This document shows, piece by piece, positions 50,277 to 59,752 of a stretch of 64,000 nucleotides of DNA (positions are counted from its first letter, which is position 1; each line of letters opens with the position of its first letter). A program made the translations under genes and the position numbers. The stretch covers positions 1,216,001 through 1,280,000 of the forward strand of contig CBDFMQ010000002.1 in NCBI GenBank assembly GCA_965249725.1, in the 5' to 3' direction. The notes under the pieces were generated by a model. That model was not told the DNA's origin. It did not search any database and worked only from the letters and a program-made list of their open reading frames with translations. The DNA comes from Longimicrobiales bacterium. Its GTDB lineage: Bacteria; Gemmatimonadota; Gemmatimonadetes; Longimicrobiales; Gaopeijiaceae.

Positions 50277-51664
50277 TCGCCCGACCGCGTGGGTGTCGTG
50301 GGTGCGAGAGATGCCACCGCCTCCGAGGATCCCAGGTCCAACGGAATCGTGAGGCGGGCTCGAGCCCCATTCCCGCTGGCACGGTTCTCCAAGGTCAGAG
50401 TCCCACCGTGTCCTTCGGCAATTTGGCGACACAGGGCCAGGCCGATCCCGCTTCCCCCCGGCTTGGTCGTGTAGAACGGGACGAACAGGTTCCCAGTATC
50501 GCCCGTGAGCCCCGGCCCCTCATCCTCGACCAGCACATGGAGTTGATTGACCACGAGCTTCCAGGACAGCTTCACGCGCCCGTCGGTCTCAAGCGACGCG
50601 TCGACCGCGTTGCGGACCAGATTGATCAGCAGCTGCTCCAGCTGATCTGCGTCCGCCTGAACGGTGAGATCCGGTCCCGGGTCGACGCCCACCTCCATGC
50701 GAGTTTCGACCGCAACGATGCGGCGCACGAGGGCGTCCACCTCCACCGGACCCAGGTTGGGCTCGGGAAGCCTGGCGAGTTGGGCGTAGGAGGCCATGAA
50801 GCGCCCCAGCGACTCGGCCCTACCAGAGATGACCTTCAGGCCGCTGCCAACGTCTTCTTCTATCTCTGGGGGGAGGGCCTTGCGCTGCGTGAGACTCTGG
50901 AGGCTACCCGCGATCGACTTGATCGGCGCCAACGAGTTGTTGATCTCATGACTCAGTACTCGGATGATTCTCTTCCAGGCCTGACGCTCCTCTTCTCTGA
51001 GGGCTCGACGGAGATCGGAGAGCACGATGAGGCGCAGCGGCTGCCCCTCCTGGCGAACGACGGTCCGGCGCACTTCCCAGCGCCCCGTGCCGCCCGGATG
51101 GTTGAGCTCGAGCGTGCGGGGTGCGACGCCATGCAAGGTGTCGCGTAAACGGAGCTCCGCGGCCGACATCCCGATGACACGCTCGGCGGGCTGACCCAAC
51201 AGGCTCTCACCCGCCCGATTGAGGAGTCGAAGGGTCTCGTCCTCATCGAAGGCGAACACGGCGAGGTCTACCTCTTCCAGCACCTTGCGCAGGAGCGCCG
51301 TCGCCTCGACCGCTCCGAGTCGCTGCTCCCGCAGGACCTCCTCGAGGGCATTGGCCTCGAGGTAGGTGATGGCGAGAGGACCCTTGGTGCCGGCCCCCCT
51401 GAGACGTATCGAGAAGTCCCCCTCGCGGAGGGCAGCCAACATGTTCGACAGGGTTTGGAGCGGGCGAACGACCCTCTCCCTGACGGCGTACGAGAACCCG
51501 AACCAGCTCCCGAAGAGGAAAACCGACAGGGTCCACTGAAGACGAGCCGAGTAGTCTCCCAGCCACAGAAAGCCGAGGGCGAGAGCCATTCCCGGCAGTC
51601 CCGAGAGAAGGACCAACAGAACGATGCGGTAGTCGTGCCGGACCTGCTCCCACCACCGTCTCAT
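50273..51664 (-). CDS. Sensor histidine kinase (2 TM, HAMP/PAS, HisKA, HATPase)
   Basis: LSHEINNSL, NLVRNA, DEGPG, FYTTK, GSGIGL. Confidence 0.94.
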   Translation of the reverse strand: MRRWWEQVRHDYRIVLLVLLSGLPGMALALGFLWLGDYSARLQWTLSVFLFGSWFGFSYAVRERVVRPLQTLSNMLAALREGDFSIRLRGAGTKGPLAITYLEANALEEVLREQRLGAVEATALLRKVLEEVDLAVFAFDEDETLRLLNRAGESLLGQPAERVIGMSAAELRLRDTLHGVAPRTLELNHPGGTGRWEVRRTVVRQEGQPLRLIVLSDLRRALREEERQAWKRIIRVLSHEINNSLAPIKSIAGSLQSLTQRKALPPEIEEDVGSGLKVISGRAESLGRFMASYAQLARLPEPNLGPVEVDALVRRIVAVETRMEVGVDPGPDLTVQADADQLEQLLINLVRNAVDASLETDGRVKLSWKLVVNQLHVLVEDEGPGLTGDTGNLFVPFYTTKPGGSGIGLALCRQIAEGHGGTLTLENRASGNGARARLTIPLDLGSSEAVASLAPTTPTRSGD

Positions 51665-51674
51665 GCAGTCCTTC

Positions 51675-53054
51675 TCATTCGGGCTCCCCTCCGAGATCGT
51701 AGCGCTGAAGCCGTCGATAGAGGGCACTGCGACTCAGTCCGAGCTCGTCGGCCGCTTTGGAAACGTTGCCGTCATTCCGGCTCAACGCCCTCTCTATGAG
51801 GAGCCGCTCCGCCTCATCCAGGGTGAGATCCTCCATCTGAGGACCACCCTCGGCCCGTCTCCGGAGCCCGAGGTCCTCGGCGCAGATGCGATCGCCCTGG
51901 GCCATCAGGATGGCGCGCTCGACCGTGTGCTCCAACTCCCGGACGTTCCCCGGCCAGGAGTGGCCGATGAGCGCCTGCATGGCGTCGTCTGCGAACCCCT
52001 CGACCCGACGACCGTATCGGGTACGCTGCAGCTCCAGGAAGTGGAGGGCCAGGCTCATGATGTCCTCCGTGCGTTCCCGCAGAGGTGGAAGACGAATCTC
52101 GACCGTGTTCAGGCGGTAGAGCAGATCTTCCCGGAAGTCACCGGAGGCCAGCAGTTCAGCGAGATTGGCATTTGTGGCCGAGAGAATCCGGACGTCGACG
52201 TGGCGAATCTTGGAAGACCCGACCCTTTGGATCTCGCCGGACTCCAGCACCCTGAGCAGCTTGGCCTGCTGCTGTCGGGAGATGTTGGCGATCTCGTCCA
52301 GGAAGAGTGTGCCCTGATGGGCGAGCTCGAAGCAGCCGATGCGGTCGGTCTTGGCATCCGTGAACGCCCCTTTCACATGCCCGAACAGCTCGCTTTCGAA
52401 CACTCCCTCCGAGAACCCTCCGGCATTGATGGCGACGAGCGTGTGCTTTGCTCGCTCCGACACCGCATGGAGCCAACGAGCCACCACCTCCTTGCCGGTG
52501 CCGTGCTCCCCGGTGATGAGCACGTTCGCCTCGGACGGCCCGACCCGCTCCATGATACGGAGGACGGGCTCCATGGCCTTGGACTGTGCGATGAAGTCGG
52601 GGGTGTCCTTGCCCCGCAGGAGGCGATTCTCATCCTCCAGGAGCTGACCACGCCGCAAAGCTCTGCCGAGCTCGACCTGGGTCTTGAGGGCCTTGAGTAG
52701 CCGTTCGTTGTTCCACGGCTTTTCTACGTAGTCTCTCGCGCCGCGACGCATCGCCTCCACCGCCCCGTCCACGCTGCTCCAGGCGGTCATCACAAGAACC
52801 GGTAGGGTGTCGTCGAGGCTACGAAGCTGCGTGAGCAGGTCCATGCCCTCTTCCCCGGAGGTCGTGTCCCGGGTGTAGTTGAGATCCATCAGGATCACGT
52901 CGAAGTCCCGCTCTTCGACCTTGGACAGGACCCCAGAAGGGGAGTTGACCGTTACGACCTCGAATCCCTCACCCTTGAGCAGGAGGCGTAGAGCCTCGAG
53001 CACGTCCGCTTGGTCGTCCGCGACCAGCACACAAGCAGCTTCGGAGGCACCCAC
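51675..53054 (-). CDS. Sigma-54-dependent response regulator (REC-AAA+-HTH, NtrC family)
   Basis: REC, GEHGTGKE, ESELFGH.KGAFTDA, FLDEI, WPGNVREL and a Fis HTH. Confidence 0.95.
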   Translation of the reverse strand: MGASEAACVLVADDQADVLEALRLLLKGEGFEVVTVNSPSGVLSKVEERDFDVILMDLNYTRDTTSGEEGMDLLTQLRSLDDTLPVLVMTAWSSVDGAVEAMRRGARDYVEKPWNNERLLKALKTQVELGRALRRGQLLEDENRLLRGKDTPDFIAQSKAMEPVLRIMERVGPSEANVLITGEHGTGKEVVARWLHAVSERAKHTLVAINAGGFSEGVFESELFGHVKGAFTDAKTDRIGCFELAHQGTLFLDEIANISRQQQAKLLRVLESGEIQRVGSSKIRHVDVRILSATNANLAELLASGDFREDLLYRLNTVEIRLPPLRERTEDIMSLALHFLELQRTRYGRRVEGFADDAMQALIGHSWPGNVRELEHTVERAILMAQGDRICAEDLGLRRRAEGGPQMEDLTLDEAERLLIERALSRNDGNVSKAADELGLSRSALYRRLQRYDLGGEPE

Positions 53055-53067
53055 CGTCTCGACCGTC

Positions 53068-53739
53068 CTACTCGTCGACGATCCAGCCGTCTTTCAGCTG
53101 GACGATTCGCTGCCCGAAGGCGGCATAGTCTTCGTTATGTGTGACCTGGATGATCGTAGTACCCTCGCGGTTGAGCTGGGCTAGTAGATCCATGATCATG
53201 CGGCCCTGGCTCGAATGGAGGCTCCCGGTGGGCTCGTCGGCCAGGATCACCTTGGGCTCCGCGATGACGGCCCGGGCAACTGCCACCAACTGCTGCTGCC
53301 CGCCCGAGAGCTGGGTCGGATACAGGTCCTTCTTGCCGACGATCTGGAACCGGTCCAAAGAATCGGCCACGATGGCCTGGCGCTCCTTCCGCTTCACGTT
53401 CCGGTACGAAAGCGGAATCTCGAGGTTCTCATAGACCGTGAGATCGTCGAGAAGATGATACTGCTGGAAAACGAACCCGACGTAGCGCTTGTTCAGCTCG
53501 ATTCGGGTACGGGACCGCATGGCGTGCACCGGCTCGTCACCAAGCCAGTACTCGCCGCGCCAGTCGCCGTCGAGCATCCCCATGATCGAAAGCAGTGTGG
53601 ACTTTCCGGCGCCTGACGGACCCATGATGGTCACGAAATCCCCCGCCCCAATCTCCAGATCGATCCGTCGCAGAACGAACGTCTCGCCCGCCCCGGTCTT
53701 GTACGACTTCTCGATTCCCCTCGTCTTGATCAGTGCCAT
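53068..53739 (-). CDS. ABC transporter ATP-binding protein (MacB/LolD-type)
   Basis: [25 protein letters not shown]. Confidence 0.93.
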   Translation of the reverse strand: MALIKTRGIEKSYKTGAGETFVLRRIDLEIGAGDFVTIMGPSGAGKSTLLSIMGMLDGDWRGEYWLGDEPVHAMRSRTRIELNKRYVGFVFQQYHLLDDLTVYENLEIPLSYRNVKRKERQAIVADSLDRFQIVGKKDLYPTQLSGGQQQLVAVARAVIAEPKVILADEPTGSLHSSQGRMIMDLLAQLNREGTTIIQVTHNEDYAAFGQRIVQLKDGWIVDE

Positions 53740-53864
53740 GGTTCCATTCGTTGAAAAATCGGCCCGGCAGGGACTCCATGATCTCTATCGGCTTACATGG
53801 AAATGAGTTACGCCGTTTTATCTAAGACACTAGATAAGTCAGGAAGGTCCCTGTCTCCCGTTAG

Positions 53865-53883
53865 GTGTCCCAAAATCGGACAC
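53865..53883. promoter_or_regulatory. Palindromic candidate regulator binding site
   Basis: GTGTCC-N7-GGACAC upstream of the ATPase-bEBP-kinase unit, with a second palindrome TTATCTA-N6-TAGATAA at 53818-53837. Confidence 0.5.
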
Positions 53884-53954
53884 TCGCGAGGGCACGTCAA
53901 CGTTACCCGCGTGAATACGTGGCGAGATCGAGTCGGGATTCACCCCCCAACGCA

Positions 53955-53980
53955 GAAGGGCGGCCCGAAGGCCGCCCTTC
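53955..53980 (-). terminator. Terminator-like hairpin after the first ABC ATPase
   Basis: GAAGGGCGGCC-TTCG-GGCCGCCCTTC, a perfect stem with a UUCG loop. Confidence 0.6.
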
Positions 53981-54029
53981 CCCACACCACGACATCGACA
54001 CCGCCCAGCGCCGAGATCCGCGGTTCTTC

Positions 54030-54788
54030 CTAAACGTCGAAGCCGCTTTCCTCGAGCTCGTGCGCATGCTCGGCTCGCTGGGCATCTTCCTGATCGACGA
54101 CCTGGCCGTCGAACAGATGCACCGAACGCTGCGCCACCGTGGCGTAGCGCGGATCGTGCGTCACCATGCAGATCGTGGCACCCTCGTCGTGGAGCTCGTT
54201 CATCAGGTCCATGACCGCGTTGCCGTTCTTCGAGTCCAGGTTACCCGTCGGCTCGTCCGCCAGCAGGATGAGGGGTTTGCCCACAATGGCCCGGGCCACC
54301 GCCACACGCTGCTGCTGACCGCCCGAGAGCTGGCTCGGGTAATGCGTCATGCGGTGGGCCATGCCCACCCGCTCCAACGACGCATTCACGCGCTCCTTCC
54401 GCTCACTGCCGGCCATTCCACGATAGGTGAGCGGTAGCTCGACGTTCTCGAAGACCGTCAGGTCGCCGATCAGGTTGAACGCCTGGAAGACGAACCCGAT
54501 GGCCTGGTTGCGGATCTTGGCCCGCTGCGAGGCCGTGAGGTTGGCGACCGGCTCGCCGTCGAGCAGGTAGTCGCCTAACGTGGGCGAATCCAGCAGCCCG
54601 AGAATCGAGAGTAGAGTGGTCTTACCGCAGCCCGACGGGCCCGCGATGGAGACGAACTCTCCCGCCGCGATGCTCAAGTGAATGTCGGACAGAGCGTGGG
54701 TTTCCACCTCTTCCGTGTAGAACACCTTGCTCAGTCCCTGCAGGTCGATCAGACCCGCCTCGTTCGCCCTCTCGCCACCGTTTTCCAT
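54030..54788 (-). CDS. ABC transporter ATP-binding protein (MacB/LolD-type)
   Basis: EEVETHAL, GPSGCGKT, LSGGQQQRVA, LADEPTGNLD, VTHD. Confidence 0.94.
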   Translation of the reverse strand: MENGGERANEAGLIDLQGLSKVFYTEEVETHALSDIHLSIAAGEFVSIAGPSGCGKTTLLSILGLLDSPTLGDYLLDGEPVANLTASQRAKIRNQAIGFVFQAFNLIGDLTVFENVELPLTYRGMAGSERKERVNASLERVGMAHRMTHYPSQLSGGQQQRVAVARAIVGKPLILLADEPTGNLDSKNGNAVMDLMNELHDEGATICMVTHDPRYATVAQRSVHLFDGQVVDQEDAQRAEHAHELEESGFDV

Positions 54789-54897
54789 CACCCCTCCGTT
54801 GCGGTAAACCACTGGTTTGCCCTATGAGCGTCTGTTCCGGTCGCCCCTTGGGAGGCCTCCGGCAATCTCTCCTACCAATCGCTCCTACCAATCGCTC

Positions 54898-56151
54898 CTA
54901 CCTCAAGCGTACGCGATCGAAGCCGTCCCACTGGGACATATCAGACAGAATCACGATATCGCCCGGCTGTAGCCCTTCCCTGACCTCGATCTCGTTAACC
55001 GAGCTGGCCCCGAGCATCACATTGATGCGCTCGGCGAACTGACCGTCCTCAACAAGCATGAACATGCCGACCCGCTGGTTGGCCTGGCCGTACGCCGGCC
55101 GACCCACATAGGTGACGTCGTCCAGTCGTTGGATCACCACGTTGCCGTCCACACTCAGATCGGGACGCGCACTCCGCGGCAACTCGGCCGGCAGAGCCAC
55201 GTCGATGGTCACCGTACCGTTCTGGACGGAGGGATCGATCCGGACCACGCGACCCTCGATGGTGTCGTTCCGCGTGTCGATGTAGGCCAGCTGACCGGCC
55301 GCGATGTCTTGAGCCTGCGTCTGTGGGATTCTGATCTCAGCCTTCAGCCGTCCGGGCTGCACCACACGAGCCAACGTTCCGCCGGACTGGACCCACTGCC
55401 CCTCCTCGAGCGGCAGCTCTGCCAGGACACCGGAAACGCCGGCCGTCACCTGGAAGGACGCCACGCGATCCCGGTTGAACGCGACGATGTCGGAGAGCCG
55501 GTTGATCTGGATCTGTTGCGCGTCCAGCTGGTCGGGAACCGAGGTCTCGAGGACCTCGAGCTGCTGTTCCTCCAACTCGATACGCTCCTCGAGCTCCCCG
55601 ACCGCATCTCGGGTCCTGGCCAACTCAGTGGCCGCCACGAGTTCCGGATTGGTGTCGTACAGGCGCTGGTTCGTGGCGTGATCACGCTGCGCATTCCGAT
55701 AGAGCGTGCGGGTCTGAGCCACCAAGCCCGCCTGAGCCAGGCGCTGCGTCTGCAACGTCGCGCGGAGCTGAATCAGCGCCGCCTCCGCGGTGGACAGCTG
55801 CTGCTGAGCCTGGAGCAGCTGGACCTCGACGTCAGGATTGCTCATCCGAATGATGACCGTGTTCGCCTCGATCTCCGTGCCCGGCAGAATCATGATCTGC
55901 TCGACCCGGCCGGCCGTGAGAGCCGTGAGCCACCGCATGCGCTCGGGCACGAGCGTGCCCGGGCCCCGGACCTGACGCACCATGGTCCCATGCTCGACCG
56001 TGTCCATCCAAACCGTAGCGGCATCCACACTCGGAGCCGCGGGCTGGAGGTTCCTGAGCACGGCAGTGATCAGGATGACGGAGATCGCCGCCACCGACCA
56101 CTGGATGACCTTCTTTCTGGTCTTCGGTTTCGGATCGCGTGGGATGTCCAC
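54898..56151 (-). CDS. Efflux periplasmic adaptor (HlyD/MacA-like)
   Basis: N-terminal TM, lipoyl/alpha-hairpin architecture, RIDPSVQNGTV, GL.PGD.VI. Confidence 0.9.
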   Translation of the reverse strand: MDIPRDPKPKTRKKVIQWSVAAISVILITAVLRNLQPAAPSVDAATVWMDTVEHGTMVRQVRGPGTLVPERMRWLTALTAGRVEQIMILPGTEIEANTVIIRMSNPDVEVQLLQAQQQLSTAEAALIQLRATLQTQRLAQAGLVAQTRTLYRNAQRDHATNQRLYDTNPELVAATELARTRDAVGELEERIELEEQQLEVLETSVPDQLDAQQIQINRLSDIVAFNRDRVASFQVTAGVSGVLAELPLEEGQWVQSGGTLARVVQPGRLKAEIRIPQTQAQDIAAGQLAYIDTRNDTIEGRVVRIDPSVQNGTVTIDVALPAELPRSARPDLSVDGNVVIQRLDDVTYVGRPAYGQANQRVGMFMLVEDGQFAERINVMLGASSVNEIEVREGLQPGDIVILSDMSQWDGFDRVRLR

Positions 56152-56224
56152 GGATTTCCTCGCTCTTTACAAGTTCGACGCCGACTCGGCTCCAGCCGCC
56201 CGGCGAGATAATCGCTAACGGATG

Positions 56225-57721
56225 CTACGCTTGCGGGCGGAGCCGCTGCCCTACCGCGTTCTCGAGGTTGGCCAACTCGATGTGGAACGTATAAAGCGCG
56301 TCCAAGTAGGCCCGTTCGGCGTCGGCCGTCGTGCGTTCCGCGTCGAGCAGCACCAAGAAATTGTCCGCTCCCAGGCTGTAGCGGGCACGGGCGAGCTCTA
56401 GTTGCTCCCCAGCCACGACCCGGTTGCGCTCCTCGACTTGCACCACGTTGTAGGCAGTCGCCAAGCCGTCGTGCGCCGACGTTACGGCCGTTCTGAGCCG
56501 CAGCTCCTCGGCACGACGAAAGTGGACGGCGTCCTCATAGGCGTTGGCCGCTTGCGAAGCCTGCCGCTCCCTGCTGAAGCCGTTGAAGAGCGGGAAGCTG
56601 ACGTTCAACTGTGCCCTGAACGGCTGCCTGTTGAAGCTGAACGGGAAGACCTCGTTGCCCGCGAGAATCTGACTCCGGTCGGTGTCGCTGAGCCCGAAGG
56701 AAGCGCAATCCCGGGGGAAGCCCTGCAGAGGCGAGCTCAACCCCGAGGAGATGCCGTTGAACAGCTCGCAGTCGGCGATACTCCCCTGGACTCCCCTCTC
56801 GGCGCTGTTCACCAAGAACTGTCCATTCTCGATCTCCTGCGTAAAGCCCTGCCACTGCGCCGAGAGCTGTACGCTCGGAAAGTAGGAGCCCCGGGCCTGT
56901 CGGAGATTGGCCCTACGAGCACCCTCACTGGCGACCAAGGCCTTGAGCTGAGGATGAATCTCGAGGGCCAGGGAAATCAGCGCACCATCGGTCCAGGTGG
57001 GCTCGAACACCGCGAACTCGCTGACGAGTTCGACTTCGTTGGCCATGTTGAACCCGATGTTCTCCAGCAGCCGGAACGTCTCTACTCGGAGCGCCGACTC
57101 GGACTGGAGTAGCGCTACCGAATCTCGCCCCATTTGCACTTGAGCCTGTTTGGCATCGGTGACGATGGCGGCCTGAGCGTCCACCCGGGCCTGAGCGATC
57201 TCGAGATTCTCTATGGAGCTCTCGACCTGACGCCGGGCGACCTCCACCTGGTCCCGCGCCCGCAGGGCGGTCATGTACTGGAGTGTCACCAGAGACTCCA
57301 TGGTGAACTCCGCAGCGACGGTGCGTGCGTGCGCCGCGCTGCGATCGGCCTTAGCGCTGGGGACGCCGAAGAGGGTGTTGCCGTCAAGCGTATACGACGC
57401 CTGGATCGAATAGCCCGAAGTATACAGCGCGCCCTGATCGACGCCGCCCGTATTGATGGTACCGATCCGGGAAACGCCGGGAGCCCGATAGGCCGCCTGC
57501 CCGAAGACCGTGAGCGACGGGACCAACAGATTGGTGACCGCCTCTCGCATGGCCCAATCGAACGCCGCCTCATCGTTCTGCGTGGCCAGGAAGGTCGGGT
57601 TGTTCTCCCGGGCCAAATCGATGGCGCCCTCGAGTGTCAGCCTTTCTTGTCCAAAAGCCATGGTCGCGGTCGCCATCAGGGCCGCCGCCACCAGGGTCAG
57701 GGCTCGTTTTGCTTCGCTCAT
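56225..57721 (-). CDS. TolC-family outer membrane efflux protein
   Basis: Signal peptide, LTLEGAI..A..NNP, FPLFNGF, ARARY..G....LVLLDAE. Confidence 0.9.
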   Translation of the reverse strand: MSEAKRALTLVAAALMATATMAFGQERLTLEGAIDLARENNPTFLATQNDEAAFDWAMREAVTNLLVPSLTVFGQAAYRAPGVSRIGTINTGGVDQGALYTSGYSIQASYTLDGNTLFGVPSAKADRSAAHARTVAAEFTMESLVTLQYMTALRARDQVEVARRQVESSIENLEIAQARVDAQAAIVTDAKQAQVQMGRDSVALLQSESALRVETFRLLENIGFNMANEVELVSEFAVFEPTWTDGALISLALEIHPQLKALVASEGARRANLRQARGSYFPSVQLSAQWQGFTQEIENGQFLVNSAERGVQGSIADCELFNGISSGLSSPLQGFPRDCASFGLSDTDRSQILAGNEVFPFSFNRQPFRAQLNVSFPLFNGFSRERQASQAANAYEDAVHFRRAEELRLRTAVTSAHDGLATAYNVVQVEERNRVVAGEQLELARARYSLGADNFLVLLDAERTTADAERAYLDALYTFHIELANLENAVGQRLRPQA

Positions 57722-57883
57722 ATCGACCTCTAGGACTCGAATCAACGTCCTACCTCCACAACAGTTCATGGAAAAACGGAAAGGGATTCGACCGGAGCCA
57801 GCCAACTTCGCCAACCGCCACTGCCACACCGTGCACCGCACCCTCCGATCGAACCCCACAGACCGCGTTTGATCCTTTCTAAG

Positions 57884-57898
57884 GGAAGCTTCGTGCCA
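57884..57898 (-). promoter_or_regulatory. Candidate sigma-54 (-24/-12) promoter of the tolC operon
   Basis: TGGCAC-GAAGC-TTCC against the consensus TGGCAC-N5-TTGC (one mismatch at -12). An IHF-like CAA-N4-TTG lies at 57931-57940. Confidence 0.5.
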
Positions 57899-58075
57899 AA
57901 ATCGGCCATATCCCTTAAGTCGTTACACGGCAACATATTGTGGCGATTATCGGAAAGGGTGTATCCCGCGCGGGATGCTCGTCTGCGGGACCCCGCTTCC
58001 CATTAGCGAACACCCTCTAGAGACAGTGTTCGATGGGGTGGAGATGCGGATCAGGGGCTAGCGCTCGATGTGCCG

Positions 58076-58444
58076 CTACCCCTCCAACCTCTCATTCAGC
58101 ACTGTCCGAAGTCGCTCGAGCTCTTCCTTGGACATGCCTCGCCCAGCAATGAGGTGGGTGAGGAGGCGTACCGTGGAACCCGAAAAGAGCTTTTGGGTCA
58201 AGCGGTTCAGGTGGCTCACCTGGGCCTCCTCCCGCTCGACCAGCGGATGGTACCGGTACGCGCGTCCCTCCGGCCGGTGACCCACGTACCCCTTGTCCTC
58301 TAGCGTTCGGAGGATCGTGAGGACCGTCGTGTAGGCCAACTCGTCCGTTAGTTGCCCCCGGACATCGGCTACTGTGGCCGATCCGTGGTCCCACAGAACA
58401 GCCATCACATCGAGTTCACGCCCAGTGAATACCACGTCCTCCAA
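58076..58444 (-). CDS. BlaI/MecI/CopY-family transcriptional repressor
   Basis: RELDVMAVLW, LAYTTVLTIL..LE.KG.V, GRAY.Y, LFSGS. Confidence 0.93.
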   Translation of the reverse strand: MEDVVFTGRELDVMAVLWDHGSATVADVRGQLTDELAYTTVLTILRTLEDKGYVGHRPEGRAYRYHPLVEREEAQVSHLNRLTQKLFSGSTVRLLTHLIAGRGMSKEELERLRTVLNERLEG

Positions 58445-58468
58445 CCTTGCCTCCTCTTATCTACGATA

Positions 58469-58489
58469 GGACTAGTAGTAGTGTAGTCC
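58469..58489. promoter_or_regulatory. Candidate BlaI-type operator
   Basis: GGACTA-N9-TAGTCC inverted repeat containing CTAC/GTAG units, just upstream of the BlaI-family gene. Confidence 0.5.
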
Positions 58490-58625
58490 GTCTAAAACGC
58501 ACGGTCAACGAGACCTGTCGACGCCGGGAGATGGGCAGGAAATACCGCCCAGGGGCCGACGTATGTTGGCCATCATGGGTATGCATTTTGCCGAACTGCC
58601 CCGTCGAAAACCTGAGGACACCGAC

Positions 58626-59159
58626 ATGCTACGAATCCGACTCCAACTCCTGGCGGCGACTCTATTCGCCTGCGTACTCGCGGCGTTGCCGGCGGACCTG
58701 GCGGCGCAGAACGCGCCATGCGCGGGAGGGGAACATCGCCAATTCGACTTCTGGATCGGTGAGTGGCGGGTGGAAAGCCCCAACGGTGCCGTCGTCGGAC
58801 ACAACACGATTCGTCGAGTCACCGATTGCTTCCTACACGAGAGTTACACGACCCCAACGGGGTTCGAAGGGCAGAGCTTCAACATTTTCGACGGTGCTCG
58901 GGGTGTTTGGCACCAGAGTTGGGTCGACAACGGCGGGGTCCTTCTGCAATTGGACGGCGGTATCGAGAACGGCAAGATGATCCTCAAAGGGCCAGGAGTC
59001 GGACAGGGCGGAGTCGCCATCGTGAACCGGATCACGTGGTCCGTAGAGGGTGGAGACCCCGACCATGTACGGCAGCTCTGGGAGACGTCCTCGGACGACG
59101 GTCGGACCTGGGCGGTGAGCTTCGACGGGCACTACATGCGGGAAGCGAAAGAGGACTAG
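58626..59159 (+). CDS. Secreted hypothetical protein (DUF1579-like beta protein)
   Basis: Signal peptide, EHRQFDFWIGEW, WHQSWVDN.G, VRQLWE.S.D.G.TW...FDG.Y. Confidence 0.75.
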   Translation: MLRIRLQLLAATLFACVLAALPADLAAQNAPCAGGEHRQFDFWIGEWRVESPNGAVVGHNTIRRVTDCFLHESYTTPTGFEGQSFNIFDGARGVWHQSWVDNGGVLLQLDGGIENGKMILKGPGVGQGGVAIVNRITWSVEGGDPDHVRQLWETSSDDGRTWAVSFDGHYMREAKED

Positions 59160-59545
59160 GACCCGTCGCTCGGGGCGGAAATCCCGGAAGACGACTCGGC
59201 TCGACACCCCATGCGGTGTCGGTGTCCTGCGAAGAAGCGGTAGCTCCGCTCCACGATCGGACGAGCGAAGGGCACTCGGAACACCCAGGCGAACCATGTG
59301 CCCCGGGGCAGAATGCGTAGGAGTTCCTCCAACGCAGCGGCCCCCGATAACGTGCTTCCGTCGGGCGCCACGAGCTGGATTGACGCGGTGAAGTCTTCAG
59401 GCGTGATCCAGGGGAAGCGTTCCTTCACACCAGATCCCTGTGAGGGGACGATCTCGAGAGCCTTCTCGCGGTCCCACCGCCGCAGCACTGCCGCGAACCG
59501 ATGGCAAACGGAACACTCTCCGTCGAACACGACCGTGTAGTCCAC
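59156..59545 (-). CDS. DCC-family (DUF393) thiol-disulfide oxidoreductase
   Basis: VVFDGECSVC (DxxCxxC) near the GTG start, and Y.FFA.HRH. Confidence 0.85.
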   Translation of the reverse strand: MDYTVVFDGECSVCHRFAAVLRRWDREKALEIVPSQGSGVKERFPWITPEDFTASIQLVAPDGSTLSGAAALEELLRILPRGTWFAWVFRVPFARPIVERSYRFFAGHRHRMGCRAESSSGISAPSDGS

Positions 59546-59752
59546 CTGCCAATTCTCCGGTTCACCGGACTTCCGTATCCCTGAACGCCCGGGTCGGGAG
59601 CAGTGATGGCCCGCATCAGAAACGATGATGGCCCGCTTCCTGCACTTGTTGTTCCTCGTCCGTGCGCTCGTGTTCCGTTCCGTCACGCGCCGGGTCAGCC
59701 TATCTTGCCGCGGCCCCGCCCCGTAGCGACGACCGAGAGAGACCGGAGAGAG

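Noticed and set aside
54870..54901. 13-bp tandem duplication CTCCTACCAATCG at the adaptor gene stop
   Set aside because: About 2.5 copies of a local slippage duplication, with no evidence of function.
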